Assembly (NCBI GenBank): GCA_003567725.1
Contig: PWYU01000088.1
Location: 551 to 64,550, forward strand
Length of the DNA: 64,000 nt
Origin: Syntrophomonadaceae bacterium
GTDB lineage: Bacteria > Bacillota > Dethiobacteria > DTU022
Direction of reading: 5' to 3'
Shown: positions 1-10,015 of the stretch, in pieces
How the letters are laid out: each line of letters starts with the position of its first letter
How positions within the stretch are numbered: the stretch's first letter is position 1
Made by a program: the position numbers and the translations under genes
Notes under the pieces: generated by a model
Told to the model about the DNA's origin: nothing
Seen by the model: only the letters and a program-made list of their open reading frames with translations
Databases searched by the model: none

Positions 1-1
1 C

Positions 2-1447
2 ATCGATTTCAGAATGCATGTACCGCACCCGTAAACCCATATTACGGTAGTATTCAGTCAGATCCTCAGACATCCGCTTCGTCAAAGTAGTAACAAGAAC
101 CCTCTGATCTGCTTCGGCCCTGACTCTAATTTCTCCGTAAAGATCGTCAACCTGGCCTTCAGCCGACCTGACTTCAACTACCGGGTCGGCCAACCCGGTA
201 GGCCTGATGATCTGTTCAACAATATCATCACTGCGCTCAAGTTCCCAGGGCCCGGGAGTAGCCGAAACCCGGATAGCCTGATTAACCAGGGATTCAAACT
301 CTTCAAATTGTAACGGCCGGTTGTCGAGGGCGGAAGGCAACCTGAAACCATGCTCAACCAGGGTGCTTTTTCGGGAATAATCACCTCGGTACATCCCATT
401 GATCTGAGGAATGGTAATATGAGATTCATCGATCATTACCAGCATCTCGGGAGGAAAATAATCGATCAAGGTAGACGGACGGCTCCCGGGAGGTCTGCCG
501 TCTAAATGCCGCGAATAGTTTTCAATACCGCTGCAAAAGCCGATTTCCTGGAGCATTTCCAGATCAAACTGGGTTCTTTGCTCAAGGCGCTGTGCTTCAA
601 GCAGTTTGCCCTCCTGCTTGAATTTGGCCAGCTGCTCCTGCAGCTCTTTTTCAATATCAGCCACCGCCCGCTGCAGCTGGTCTGGCGCGGTCACATAGTG
701 AGTAGCTGGAAAGATTGCAGCATGAGCACGATCTCCAATCACCTTACCGCTAACCAGGTCTACTTCGCGCAACCTCTCTATCTCATCTCCAAACAGTTCC
801 ACCCGGATCGCGGCCTCAGAAAAAGAAGCAGGAATGATCTCAATCACATCACCTCTAACCCGGAAAGTGCCGCGGTGAAAATCAATTTCATTACGCTGGT
901 AATGGATCTCAACCAGGCGATCTATAATATCATCACGGCTTATCCTGACTCCGGGGCGCAGAGAAAGGACCTGTTCCTTATATTCATGAGGTGAACCAAG
1001 TCCATAAATACATGAAACGGAAGCCACTATTATAACATCTTTTCGCTCCAGCAAAGCACTGGTTGCTGAATGCCTGAGTTTATCAATCTCGTCATTGATT
1101 GATGAGTCCTTTTCAATAAAAGTATCACTCTGAGGGATATAAGCTTCCGGTTGATAATAATCGTAATAGCTGATGAAATATTCAACAGCATTATTCGGAA
1201 ATAACTCTTTAAATTCACTGCAAAGCTGAGCAGCCAGTATTTTATTGGGCGCCATAACCAAAGTCGGACGCTGGACTCTTTCAATAACGTTGGCAACAGT
1301 AAAGGTTTTGCCTGAACCCGTAACCCCAAGCAAGGTCTGGTAAGGAGAACCCCGGTGTAGACCTTGCACCAGGGTTTCTATTGCCTCCGGCTGGTCACCG
1401 GTAGGCTTGTATTCAGATCTGATTTTAAAGCCACTGCTGACGGCCAT
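2..1447 (-). CDS. uvrB: Excinuclease ABC subunit B (5' part, runs off window start)
   Basis: Absent from the ORF track because it has no stop in the window. ATG at 1447 after GGAGGTG RBS; reads [23 protein letters not shown]...[13 protein letters not shown] (Walker A), typical of UvrB. Confidence 0.95.
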   Translation of the reverse strand, partial: MAVSSGFKIRSEYKPTGDQPEAIETLVQGLHRGSPYQTLLGVTGSGKTFTVANVIERVQRPTLVMAPNKILAAQLCSEFKELFPNNAVEYFISYYDYYQPEAYIPQSDTFIEKDSSINDEIDKLRHSATSALLERKDVIIVASVSCIYGLGSPHEYKEQVLSLRPGVRISRDDIIDRLVEIHYQRNEIDFHRGTFRVRGDVIEIIPASFSEAAIRVELFGDEIERLREVDLVSGKVIGDRAHAAIFPATHYVTAPDQLQRAVADIEKELQEQLAKFKQEGKLLEAQRLEQRTQFDLEMLQEIGFCSGIENYSRHLDGRPPGSRPSTLIDYFPPEMLVMIDESHITIPQINGMYRGDYSRKSTLVEHGFRLPSALDNRPLQFEEFESLVNQAIRVSATPGPWELERSDDIVEQIIRPTGLADPVVEVRSAEGQVDDLYGEIRVRAEADQRVLVTTLTKRMSEDLTEYYRNMGLRVRYMHSEID

Positions 1448-1585
1448 TTACACACCTCCCATTCAGCGGCTTGCTAAAGTAATGTATTATTATTAGTCAA
1501 GAGCATCAATTATTATAACATAGTTGAAGGTCCGTTAACCAACTATTATTAATAATTGTTCCGAATGCAAGGATGTTTAAGTAAA

Positions 1586-2983
1586 TTATTGCTGTGGTTT
1601 AAGTAAAGAAACTCTAAGCTTCCTGGCTTTTTCTCGCCAGTTTTTAAGTTTACCAAGAGGCTCAGGTTTTCTCACTTCCAGATAAACCGGCGAATCTGCA
1701 GCGGGAACCGGGATTAAACCAAGGGTTGCGCTGCGATGAAGAATTGAATAATAAGAACGGTAAGTGTTTAAGCGGCTCTGGAAAGATCCTTTTGCGCTTT
1801 CTTCTTCGCGGATCTGTTTTTTCAGGACCGCTGAAAAAGGTTTTTCATCCCTCATTCCATCGATTAGCACCATAAAATAGCTGGCTTCAATCTTTTCCAG
1901 AAGCTCCCGGTTATCGGCAACTTCTTCTCCATTGACTTTCAAAATAGTATCATCTTGATAAAGTCCGGCCTGATGCGCCGGCGTATTGGGAATGACCATC
2001 ATTACATTTACCCCCGAGCTAACCTGGCGATAACGAGGAGGCCTGCTATTCTCTTTGTTTTTGCCATACAAAATTAAAAGCTCATGACCCAGGGGAGCAA
2101 AAAGCACTCCTGGTAAAGTCAGGGGTGGGAAAAACTCCGCCCCCATCGCAATAATTAGCAAGATTAAACTATAAAGTGCCAGCCAGCGGGCCGAAAAAGC
2201 AGTTCTTTCCCGCGGGGTCGAAGAAAGAACCATATCACCATATCCCAACCCTGCAGCAACCGGCACAATCATAAATTGCAGGCCTTTGCCTTCACCTGTC
2301 TCCAGGGCCGGTTGAAGAATAGGCCACCACTCCGGCATACTGACACCAACAATTTCAGGCTCTATTACTATGGTGACCAGCAGAGCAACCAGGGGTAAAG
2401 GCCAAAACCGATTCAGGGAAAAAGCTCCTACTACCTCCCCATCATTTTTTTTCAAATAAATCGGGCTGCTACCCCTGTGCCCTCCGATATAGATTAAAAA
2501 AGCTTCAACCAGGTGCAGCAAGCCGATCAACACCAGTAAGGCCGGGATATGTATCCGTAAAAGATATTCTATGACAATAAAGTCCGAAAGCCCGGGAAAA
2601 AGGGGAACTAAGATATGTAAAGCTATTAAATTCATGGCCGCCACAATTCCTCCGGCATAAGAAAAACAAAGATAGCGGGGGTTAATCAATAACAGGAGCA
2701 GGGCAACGGGCCAGATAAAATAAAGTCCAATTTGATCAAGGGAAAGCCCCAGGAACACGAGAACCGCACTCGCTGCAAAACCACCGATTAAACCCAGCCC
2801 TACCGACATAAGCATTTGTTTTCCAACCGGGTTAATATTTCGGCCAAAAAGTTTTTTTTCTGTTGAAGCTTGCCGTCTATACTGCAAATAAACCAAAAAT
2901 AGAACTATCCAGAATATAGGCATAACCAGGGCAATCATAAAAGTGGTTAGGAAGATCTGGCTTATTTCAAAAAATATAGTCAT
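1586..2983 (-). CDS. Membrane protein with C-terminal PDZ domain (MinJ/YvjD-like)
   Basis: Multiple TM segments, NPRYLCFSYAGG motif, PDZ-like TPAHQAGL..DTILKVNG; conserved position between S41 protease and uvrB. Confidence 0.8.
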   Translation of the reverse strand: MTIFFEISQIFLTTFMIALVMPIFWIVLFLVYLQYRRQASTEKKLFGRNINPVGKQMLMSVGLGLIGGFAASAVLVFLGLSLDQIGLYFIWPVALLLLLINPRYLCFSYAGGIVAAMNLIALHILVPLFPGLSDFIVIEYLLRIHIPALLVLIGLLHLVEAFLIYIGGHRGSSPIYLKKNDGEVVGAFSLNRFWPLPLVALLVTIVIEPEIVGVSMPEWWPILQPALETGEGKGLQFMIVPVAAGLGYGDMVLSSTPRERTAFSARWLALYSLILLIIAMGAEFFPPLTLPGVLFAPLGHELLILYGKNKENSRPPRYRQVSSGVNVMMVIPNTPAHQAGLYQDDTILKVNGEEVADNRELLEKIEASYFMVLIDGMRDEKPFSAVLKKQIREEESAKGSFQSRLNTYRSYYSILHRSATLGLIPVPAADSPVYLEVRKPEPLGKLKNWREKARKLRVSLLKPQQ

Positions 2984-2986
2984 CGC

Positions 2987-4450
2987 TTAATCAGTTCTCC
3001 CAGCATTATTCAAGGGTGCAGAATCCAAGATTAGATCAATTCCAAAGTTTAGTTGCTCATCTTGCTTACGAGAAGCTGAGTCTAATTCTTTTCTCAGCTC
3101 AATCCAGGTAATATCATTAAATTCACCACTAGCCGGTAAATCTGCTTCTATTTGAAACTCTGTTAAAACCAGGCTGGTTGCTTCATCAAAGTAGCCACTA
3201 CTTTCAAGCTCATAACCCAGCTGAATTAACATATCCTGGAGCATCTCCACATTAGGCCCGTAATCACTCAGCTCCAGCCGGCCAGGATGAAAGTAACGGT
3301 AGTAGTGCAGGATATCAGGCATCTCTATTTCATAATCAGGAGCAATTCCATGCTTATCGATATTATGACCTGAAGGGGTAAAATAATTAGCGACCGTTAG
3401 CATAATTGCATTTTCACCAGGCAGCTTCTCCAACTGCTGAACTGAAGCCTTGCCAAAAGTTGTCTGACCCACTAAAAGCGCCGCCCCCCTGTCCTGCATA
3501 GCGCCGGCTAAAAGCTCTGCAGCGCTGGCTGAATCTTCATTAATGAGCGCTACAATTGGATAAGACTTTTTCTCGGCATTTGAAGTAAAAATGTCTTCAA
3601 CTTCACCATCACGCCCGATCAGCCGAACAATCTCTCCTTCAGGGACAATATCCCTGGCAATTATCACAGCCTGATCAAACAACCCCCCCGGGTTATTGCG
3701 CAGGTCCAAAATCAACCCCTGCTCTAAACCTTCCTCTTCAAGCTTATTTAAATGCTCTAAAAACACCCTGGCGGTATTGCTGTCGAAGTTACTGATAGCA
3801 ATATATCCGATATCATGATTTAATCTTTCGCTGGAAACAGTTGCAATTTGTATTTCTTCTCTGGTAACAGTCATCTCCAAGGGTTCTTCTGACCCGGGCC
3901 GCCGAATTGTGACTTCAACCGTAGTATCACCAGGGCCTCTTAATAGCTCAACAGCCCGCTCAATACCTTCCCCGGTAATCGTAATGCCATCTGCTTCTAG
4001 GATTATATCTCCAGCTGCGATTCCGCTTCTTTCAGCAGGGGAATCCGGAAAAACTTCAAAAACCACTATATCTTCACCGGTTTCAATAATCCGGATGCCA
4101 ATACCTCCATAAGAGCCTCTGGCATCCAAAAGAAATTCTTCCAGCTCCTCTGGATCATAAAAACGCACCTGGGGATCGTCAAGGATATCAATCATCCCAC
4201 GAACAGCACCTTCAACCAGATCTTCTATTTCCACAGGATAAAAGTAATTAGTGGTGATCCTTTGCAAAGCCTCAAAAAACAATGCTGTTTCTTCTTCCAA
4301 CTCATGCGTTTTCTGCTCATACCTGATAATTGTTCTAGGTTCTTCTTCAGCATTAGAAACAATAAGATAGTTTACAAGATTAGTTCCCAGTAAAAGAGCT
4401 ATAAATATAATCAATACTATAAAAAGCTTTTTGTTATCAACTTGATTCAA
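2987..4450 (-). CDS. S41 carboxy-terminal processing protease with PDZ and peptidoglycan-binding domain (CtpA/CtpB-like)
   Basis: GIGI PDZ loop, LDLRNNPGG, SASAAE, TFGK catalytic motifs; PG-binding-like segment near the C-terminus; TTG start with AGGAGG RBS. Confidence 0.9.
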   Translation of the reverse strand: MNQVDNKKLFIVLIIFIALLLGTNLVNYLIVSNAEEEPRTIIRYEQKTHELEEETALFFEALQRITTNYFYPVEIEDLVEGAVRGMIDILDDPQVRFYDPEELEEFLLDARGSYGGIGIRIIETGEDIVVFEVFPDSPAERSGIAAGDIILEADGITITGEGIERAVELLRGPGDTTVEVTIRRPGSEEPLEMTVTREEIQIATVSSERLNHDIGYIAISNFDSNTARVFLEHLNKLEEEGLEQGLILDLRNNPGGLFDQAVIIARDIVPEGEIVRLIGRDGEVEDIFTSNAEKKSYPIVALINEDSASAAELLAGAMQDRGAALLVGQTTFGKASVQQLEKLPGENAIMLTVANYFTPSGHNIDKHGIAPDYEIEMPDILHYYRYFHPGRLELSDYGPNVEMLQDMLIQLGYELESSGYFDEATSLVLTEFQIEADLPASGEFNDITWIELRKELDSASRKQDEQLNFGIDLILDSAPLNNAGRTD

Positions 4451-4570
4451 ACTTTAACCTCCTGTAATCAAAACACTCTTCTGCTCCGATAACGCCGTAA
4501 AGCTCGTAAACTATAATACCATAAATGATAGCCTGTGTGTTCAGGCTTATATTTTATCTATAGGGCAATT

Positions 4571-4603
4571 AAAAACCATCCCTGTTAGTCAGCAATGGGA
4601 TGG
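4571..4603 (-). terminator. Probable intrinsic terminator downstream of the M23 peptidase
   Basis: Minus strand CCATCCC-N14-GGGATGG followed by TTTTT. Confidence 0.6.
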
Positions 4604-4779
4604 CCTGGATCGTGGCTCGCTGCAAAAGTTAAGGTTTTCCATGAATCCAGTTAATAGCTAACGTATTTTCACATACTGCAGCAGGTATCTGCCCTGAGAA
4701 TGAGATTTAGCTTTTTTAACCACCAGATGATGAAGCTTGCGCTAAATGATTGCCTTAACAATGATACAAAGTTATCTGA

Positions 4780-5991
4780 TTAAAAATATTCCATGGGATT
4801 ATAACGATGATCGGTTCCACCAACGGGATAATTTCTAACCGGTGCTTTTTCATATTCTCGAACTTCAAAATGCAAATGAACCCCGGTACTGTAACCGGTA
4901 GTCCCGGCTCGGGCAATCCGTTCTCCCCGATCCACGACATCGCCCTTACCTACCAGCAGGCTGCTCATATGGCCATAGAGAGTAACGGTTCCTCCACCAT
5001 GATCGATCATAACACAGTTGCCATACCCTCCGTTCCAGCCTGAATATATAACTTCCCCTCTTGCAGCAGCCAGTATATAGTTTGCCGCTCCACCGTGGGG
5101 AGCAATATCGACCCCGCCATGCCAGGCCTGCTGGCCGCTGAATGGATCCCGGCGCCAGCCATACCCTGAAGTTATTCTGGTAGGCGGCTCTATCGGCCAG
5201 TTTAATGCCCCTTCAATTCCTGAAAACTGGCTCTGCGCCTGAGCGATTAATTCACGAATCATAGAGTCAAGACGCTGAGCTTCTTTTTCAAGGTCTTCAA
5301 TAGTCTGGAGATTTTTTGCTATTTCACTTTGCAACTCATCGAGGATGGCTTCCCGATCTGAAGCTGCTTGCCTCATATCCTGTTCGTTAGTCGCTACCTG
5401 ACGGTGCATATTTTCAAGCTCTGCCTTATTTTCCTCCAGTTCGTCTTTCCAGGCCTGGATTACATCTCTTTCAGACTGAATTTCTTCAATGAGCCGTAAA
5501 TCATTAGAGGCTATTATGCTCAGGTTATAGAGCCTGGTCAAAAAATCGGGAAAGCTGCTTGATTCAAAAAGCACATCAATGTAAGAAACCACGCCATATT
5601 GTTGAATAGTCCGAAGTCGAAGATTTAACAGTTCTTCTTGATAACTGAGCCGCGCTTCTGCTTCAGACAGTTCATCTTCGGCATGAGCTATTTCAGCCTC
5701 TACCGCTGTTATTTCATTATTAAGGCGTTGTTGTTCTTGTTGCAGTTCATGAAGACGTTGCTCGAGGATTTTTAATTCTTCTTTAAGGGCAGCTTCACGG
5801 TTTAAACTATGTTCAAGAGCATCTTTTTGCTCTTTTTTCCGCTCTTCAACCCCTTCAAGCTCTTGCTGTTTAGAATCAATCTCATCTGTCGTTACCGCTT
5901 CTGCAACGACAAATACCATCGGTAAAATAAATAGGGCTAAAAATATGATTGCAAGTAAATTTTTACTGGTGAATAAATTGCCGGCAAACAT
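4780..5991 (-). CDS. Coiled-coil M23 peptidase / murein hydrolase activator (EnvC/CwlO-like FtsEX partner)
   Basis: Signal peptide, long coiled coil, HGGVD and HLHFE zinc motifs; directly downstream of ftsEX. Confidence 0.9.
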   Translation of the reverse strand: MFAGNLFTSKNLLAIIFLALFILPMVFVVAEAVTTDEIDSKQQELEGVEERKKEQKDALEHSLNREAALKEELKILEQRLHELQQEQQRLNNEITAVEAEIAHAEDELSEAEARLSYQEELLNLRLRTIQQYGVVSYIDVLFESSSFPDFLTRLYNLSIIASNDLRLIEEIQSERDVIQAWKDELEENKAELENMHRQVATNEQDMRQAASDREAILDELQSEIAKNLQTIEDLEKEAQRLDSMIRELIAQAQSQFSGIEGALNWPIEPPTRITSGYGWRRDPFSGQQAWHGGVDIAPHGGAANYILAAARGEVIYSGWNGGYGNCVMIDHGGGTVTLYGHMSSLLVGKGDVVDRGERIARAGTTGYSTGVHLHFEVREYEKAPVRNYPVGGTDHRYNPMEYF

Positions 5992-6030
5992 ATTTCTCTT
6001 CCTCCCTGATAAAATAAATCATCATTATCT

Positions 6031-6918
6031 CTATACCTTTAAAAAACGGCCCATGGAAAACGTACTACCCAAAATACCAAGTCCGGTACCCAGCGGAATT
6101 AAATAAAATGACAGCTCCGTTATAACAATCTGCAGGGGCAGCAAATTGATGAACATTAATTCGTTAGTTGCCACCCACTCCATAGAAACTTGATAAACAT
6201 AATTAATAAGGCCAAGAGGGATCAGCGCTCCTACAAATCCCATCAACAGGCCTTCCAGCAAAAACGGCCAGCGAATAAACCAGTTAGTAGCGCCAACATA
6301 TTTCATAATGGTTATTTCTTTTTTACGCATCAGCACAGTCAATTTTATGGTGTGTGAAATTAAGAACACCGCTGTTATAGCCAGACCCGCCATAAGAGCA
6401 AGTCCAATAATCTGGATTATTCTGGTTACTGCAAATAAGTTTTCTACATAACCCTGACCATAAAATACAGCCGAAACACCCGGATAAGCCTCAAATTCCT
6501 CGGCCAATCTTACCACCGTCTCAGGATTTTCGGTTCTAACCTCGAAAGAAGCCAGAAGCGGATTGTCCAGTGCGGCATCATAACCTTCCAGCATACCTCC
6601 CAACTGCTGTTGAAGACGGCTCATATGCTCATCGCTTGAAACATATTCAACCCGGGCTACCGCCTGATGCCCGGCGATAGATCGGCCCAGTTCTTCCACA
6701 GTAGCCCTGTCTGCGGAATCATCAATATAAACTACCATTTCAACCTGTTCTTTAACAACCTCGGTTATATGCCTGACATTAAGATTTACAACCATAAAAC
6801 CACCGAGCATTAAAAGCGTTACCATAACCACCCCTGTGGAGGTTAAACACATCCAACGGTTACGATATAACCCTTTGAGAGTCTCGCCCAGAATATATAT
6901 AAAACCGTTAATGAACAT
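6031..6918 (-). CDS. ftsX: Cell division permease FtsX
   Basis: EITIMKYVGATNWFIRWPFLLEG motif; follows ftsE; likely start ATG 6918. Confidence 0.93.
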   Translation of the reverse strand: MFINGFIYILGETLKGLYRNRWMCLTSTGVVMVTLLMLGGFMVVNLNVRHITEVVKEQVEMVVYIDDSADRATVEELGRSIAGHQAVARVEYVSSDEHMSRLQQQLGGMLEGYDAALDNPLLASFEVRTENPETVVRLAEEFEAYPGVSAVFYGQGYVENLFAVTRIIQIIGLALMAGLAITAVFLISHTIKLTVLMRKKEITIMKYVGATNWFIRWPFLLEGLLMGFVGALIPLGLINYVYQVSMEWVATNELMFINLLPLQIVITELSFYLIPLGTGLGILGSTFSMGRFLKV

Positions 6919-7597
6919 GGGTGTAAATCCCCTTTTGCTCATCGGCAACTAGTCTACCATTTTCCAAATAGATAACTCTCTTTTTAAAGCGGTCAACTAT
7001 ATCCCGGTTATGAGTTGCCACCAGGACCGTAGTGCCTCTCAGGTTTATGCTTCGTAAAAGGTTCATGATATCCAGCGCTGTGCCCGGATCAAGGTTTCCG
7101 GTCGGTTCATCAGCAATGATCATAGCAGGCCGGTTAGCAATTGCCCTGGCCAGGCCAACCCTTTGCTGTTCTCCTCCCGAAAGATCGGTAATTTTTGCTT
7201 TGGCCTTATCCTGCAGACCAACCAGGTTTAAAACATGGGGCACCCTGCGTTTTATCTCCCGACGAGAAGAACCTATTACCGTCATTGCAAAAGCTACATT
7301 ATCATAAACTGAGCGTTCTTCCATCAATCTGAAATCCTGGAACACCATCCCAATATTACGCCTCAGGTAAGGAAGGCGATGCCTCGGCAAACGACCCACA
7401 TCCCGGTTAAAAACTTTTAGCACCCCATCAGTGGGTTTAAGCTCCCGGATTATTAATTTTAACAGGGTAGATTTTCCGGCCCCGCTTGAACCAACAAAAA
7501 ATACAAATTCGCCGCGATCTATAAAAAAATTAACATTGTCAAGAGCCAATTGTCTGCCTTTGCCATATTTCATAAACAGGTTTTTTGCCTCAACCAT
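6908..7597 (-). CDS. ftsE: Cell division ATP-binding protein FtsE
   Basis: GSSGAGKST, VFQDFRL, LSGGEQQRV, ADEPTGNLD; likely start ATG 7597. Confidence 0.95.
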   Translation of the reverse strand: MVEAKNLFMKYGKGRQLALDNVNFFIDRGEFVFFVGSSGAGKSTLLKLIIRELKPTDGVLKVFNRDVGRLPRHRLPYLRRNIGMVFQDFRLMEERSVYDNVAFAMTVIGSSRREIKRRVPHVLNLVGLQDKAKAKITDLSGGEQQRVGLARAIANRPAMIIADEPTGNLDPGTALDIMNLLRSINLRGTTVLVATHNRDIVDRFKKRVIYLENGRLVADEQKGIYTHVH

Positions 7598-7795
7598 AAA
7601 AAACCCTTTCCTGTCTGAACTTAACATAATCTTAATTCTTTTTACATTATATTTCAACAGTAATATTAGTTATCCTGCTAAGTATTTAAAAATATTAACA
7701 TATTTTTGCAAATTATTTAGTAAATTAAAGGTTTTCCGTTTCCCTGGCAAGCAGCTACGAATATTGATTATAATCATTTTATTGAGGCTTGATCA

Positions 7796-8674
7796 TCAGG
7801 GGCTCGCCCCTATCTTAAAACCTCCTCCATGCACTTCAGTGGCATTGCCGATAATAACAAAAGCAGATGGATCAATTTCATAGATAATAGTTTTCAAATG
7901 GCTGGTTTGCTGCCTGGTAACCACACAAAGCAATACTTCTCGCCCTTCACCGGTATATCCACCGTGTCCTGCAATCCTTGTTACTCCGCGGCCCAGCTCG
8001 TTAAGCAACCTTTCATTAATTTCTGACCCACAGCAAGTGATGATAATCGCCTGCTTAGCAAGACCCAACCCTTCCAGGATAGCGTCAACTACTTTGATAC
8101 TGACAAAAAGAGCTAAAGCTGAGTACATGGCTGCTTCGCTGCCAAAAACAAATATAGCCAAAGTAAGCACAACAAGGTCTCCGATAAAAAGGGCCTGACC
8201 AGGACTGATCCCAAAAACTTTAGCTAAAATTAAAGAAAGTAAGGCAGTCCCACCGGTAGAACTGCGAAATTTAAAAATTAGACCTACTCCAATGCCCATA
8301 ATAACTCCGCCATATACTGCAGCCAATAGTAAGTCACCGGTAGCCTGAGGCAAGAAGGGGGCAGTTATATCAACTAAAATGGAAAAAATCAAGGTTCCAA
8401 TCAGGCTCTGAACTACCAGCCTCGGGCCCAGCATTTTATAGGTTATAATGAAAAGGGGAATATTTAATATAATAATGGTCAGGCCGATTGGAATCCCGGC
8501 AAGATGGTAGGCAAATACTCCTATCCCGCTTATTCCACCGGGAACAAGAAAATTGGGAACCTGAAACATGTTCATGCTCACAGCCATAATAAGGCTCCCT
8601 GCTGTAATGCCCAGCAGATCGATAAAATAAATCTTGATATCTGCTTTTGTTACCCGCGGTTTTCTAAATTTCAT
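7796..8674 (-). CDS. YitT family membrane protein
   Basis: PGGISG, NIPLF, STGGT, RGVT..GHGGYTG, IDPSAF motifs. Confidence 0.9.
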   Translation of the reverse strand: MKFRKPRVTKADIKIYFIDLLGITAGSLIMAVSMNMFQVPNFLVPGGISGIGVFAYHLAGIPIGLTIIILNIPLFIITYKMLGPRLVVQSLIGTLIFSILVDITAPFLPQATGDLLLAAVYGGVIMGIGVGLIFKFRSSTGGTALLSLILAKVFGISPGQALFIGDLVVLTLAIFVFGSEAAMYSALALFVSIKVVDAILEGLGLAKQAIIITCCGSEINERLLNELGRGVTRIAGHGGYTGEGREVLLCVVTRQQTSHLKTIIYEIDPSAFVIIGNATEVHGGGFKIGASP

Positions 8675-8694
8675 CAGTGCTCCTAATAATTACT

Positions 8695-8845
8695 TTTTTG
8701 TAACTACTCAGGCATAGCCCGCTAAGCCACAGGGGACGGTTCCACCGTCTCCCCTTCGGCCTTAAAGCTATGCTTTAAGGGACGTTCGAACCGTCCCCAT
8801 GGTGCCGCTTATCATTCAACAAGGGCAATAGGCTGAATAGTTCCC
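8695..8845. repeat. Palindromic intergenic repeat, copy 1 (REP/MITE-like)
   Basis: Core TAAGCC..GGGGACGGTTC...CCTTAAAGC TAT GCTTTAAGG...GAACCGTCCCC..GCCGCTTATCATTCA; similar copies at ~21885 and ~26468. Confidence 0.9.
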
Positions 8846-8864
8846 TTATAGTTTTAGATCTTTA

Positions 8865-9987
8865 TCATTTATATGATACTTTCCCTCTGGCTTTCCAACG
8901 CAGGTAAGCGTCTATAAAAGGATCTATCATTCCATCCATTACAGCTTCAACCTGGCCCACTTCAACACCTGTACGGTGATCTTTAACCAGGGTAAACGGA
9001 TGAAAAGTATAAGTCCTGATCTGGCTGCCCCAGGCAATTTCTCTTTGCTGCCCTCTTTCAGCATCGATCGCATCGGCCTGTTCTTGGCGGCTAATCTCTG
9101 CCAGCTTGGCCTGCAATACTCTCAAAGCCTGGGTTCGGTTACTATGCTGAGAACGATCATTTTGACAGGACGTCACCAGGCCGGTGGGAAGATGAGTGAT
9201 CCGCACCGCCGAATCTGTTTTGTTTACATGCTGGCCGCCTGCACCACTGGATCTAAAAGTATCTATCTTTAAATCATCTGGATTGACCAGATACTCCTCT
9301 TCCTCCACTTCAGGAACAACATCAACAGAAGCAAACGAAGTATGGCGCCGCTTGGAGGTATCATAAGGAGATATTCGGATTAACCTGTGGACCCCTTTTT
9401 CGGCCTGCAAATATCCATATGCAGCATGTCCACGGACTATAAAAGTAGCACTTTTTATTCCTGCTTCGTCATCACTTAATAAATCAACCAGCTCCACTTC
9501 ATAACCTTTCTGTTCGCACCACCGGTTATACATGCGCAGAAGCATCTCAGCCCAATCCTGTGATTCCAAACCACCGGCTCCTGGATGAAGGGATAATATG
9601 GCATCACAAAAATCATATTTCCCATTTAATAGAGTTTCCAGTTCAAGGCGATCTAAGTGATCTTTTATTTTTTTCAAAATCATCGCAGCTTCATTAACCG
9701 CTTCTTCATCTTCAAGCGCTTCGTCTTCAGCCAATTCCAGATATATTTCCGCTTCTTCGATCAATTTTTCCAGTTCAGATAAAGGGCGGATCTGTTCCCG
9801 CAAATTACCCAGCTTTTTCATATACTCCTGAGCTTTAGTACTGTTATCCCAAAAACCAGGTTCTCCGGTTTTTGCTTCTCCTTCTTTAAGCTGTTTCAGT
9901 TTTTTATCGTATTCAAAGAGAAGCCCTCATTTCTTCAAACCGCTTCTTCTGAAGCGCCAGTTCTTCGTGGTTTTCTTTCAGCATCAT
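8865..9987 (-). CDS. prfB: Peptide chain release factor 2 (programmed +1 frameshift)
   Basis: ORF0 from ATG 9987 encodes 24 aa ending ...AGG GCT TCT CTT TGA (stop 9915-9913). The +1 frame continues GAA TAC GAT AAA...FWD into the 318 aa ORF with GGQ and SPY motifs. Confidence 0.93.
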
Positions 9988-10015
9988 ACCACCACTTTCA
10001 ATTTTGGGTTATAAG

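Noticed and set aside
178-1329. ORFs 178-429, 506-994 and 1030-1329
   Set aside because: All overlap the uvrB frame (antisense or alternate frame); shadow ORFs.
8865-9821. prfB as a 318 aa gene or a frameshifted pseudogene
   Set aside because: Explained by the programmed +1 frameshift at CTT TGA (9918-9913).
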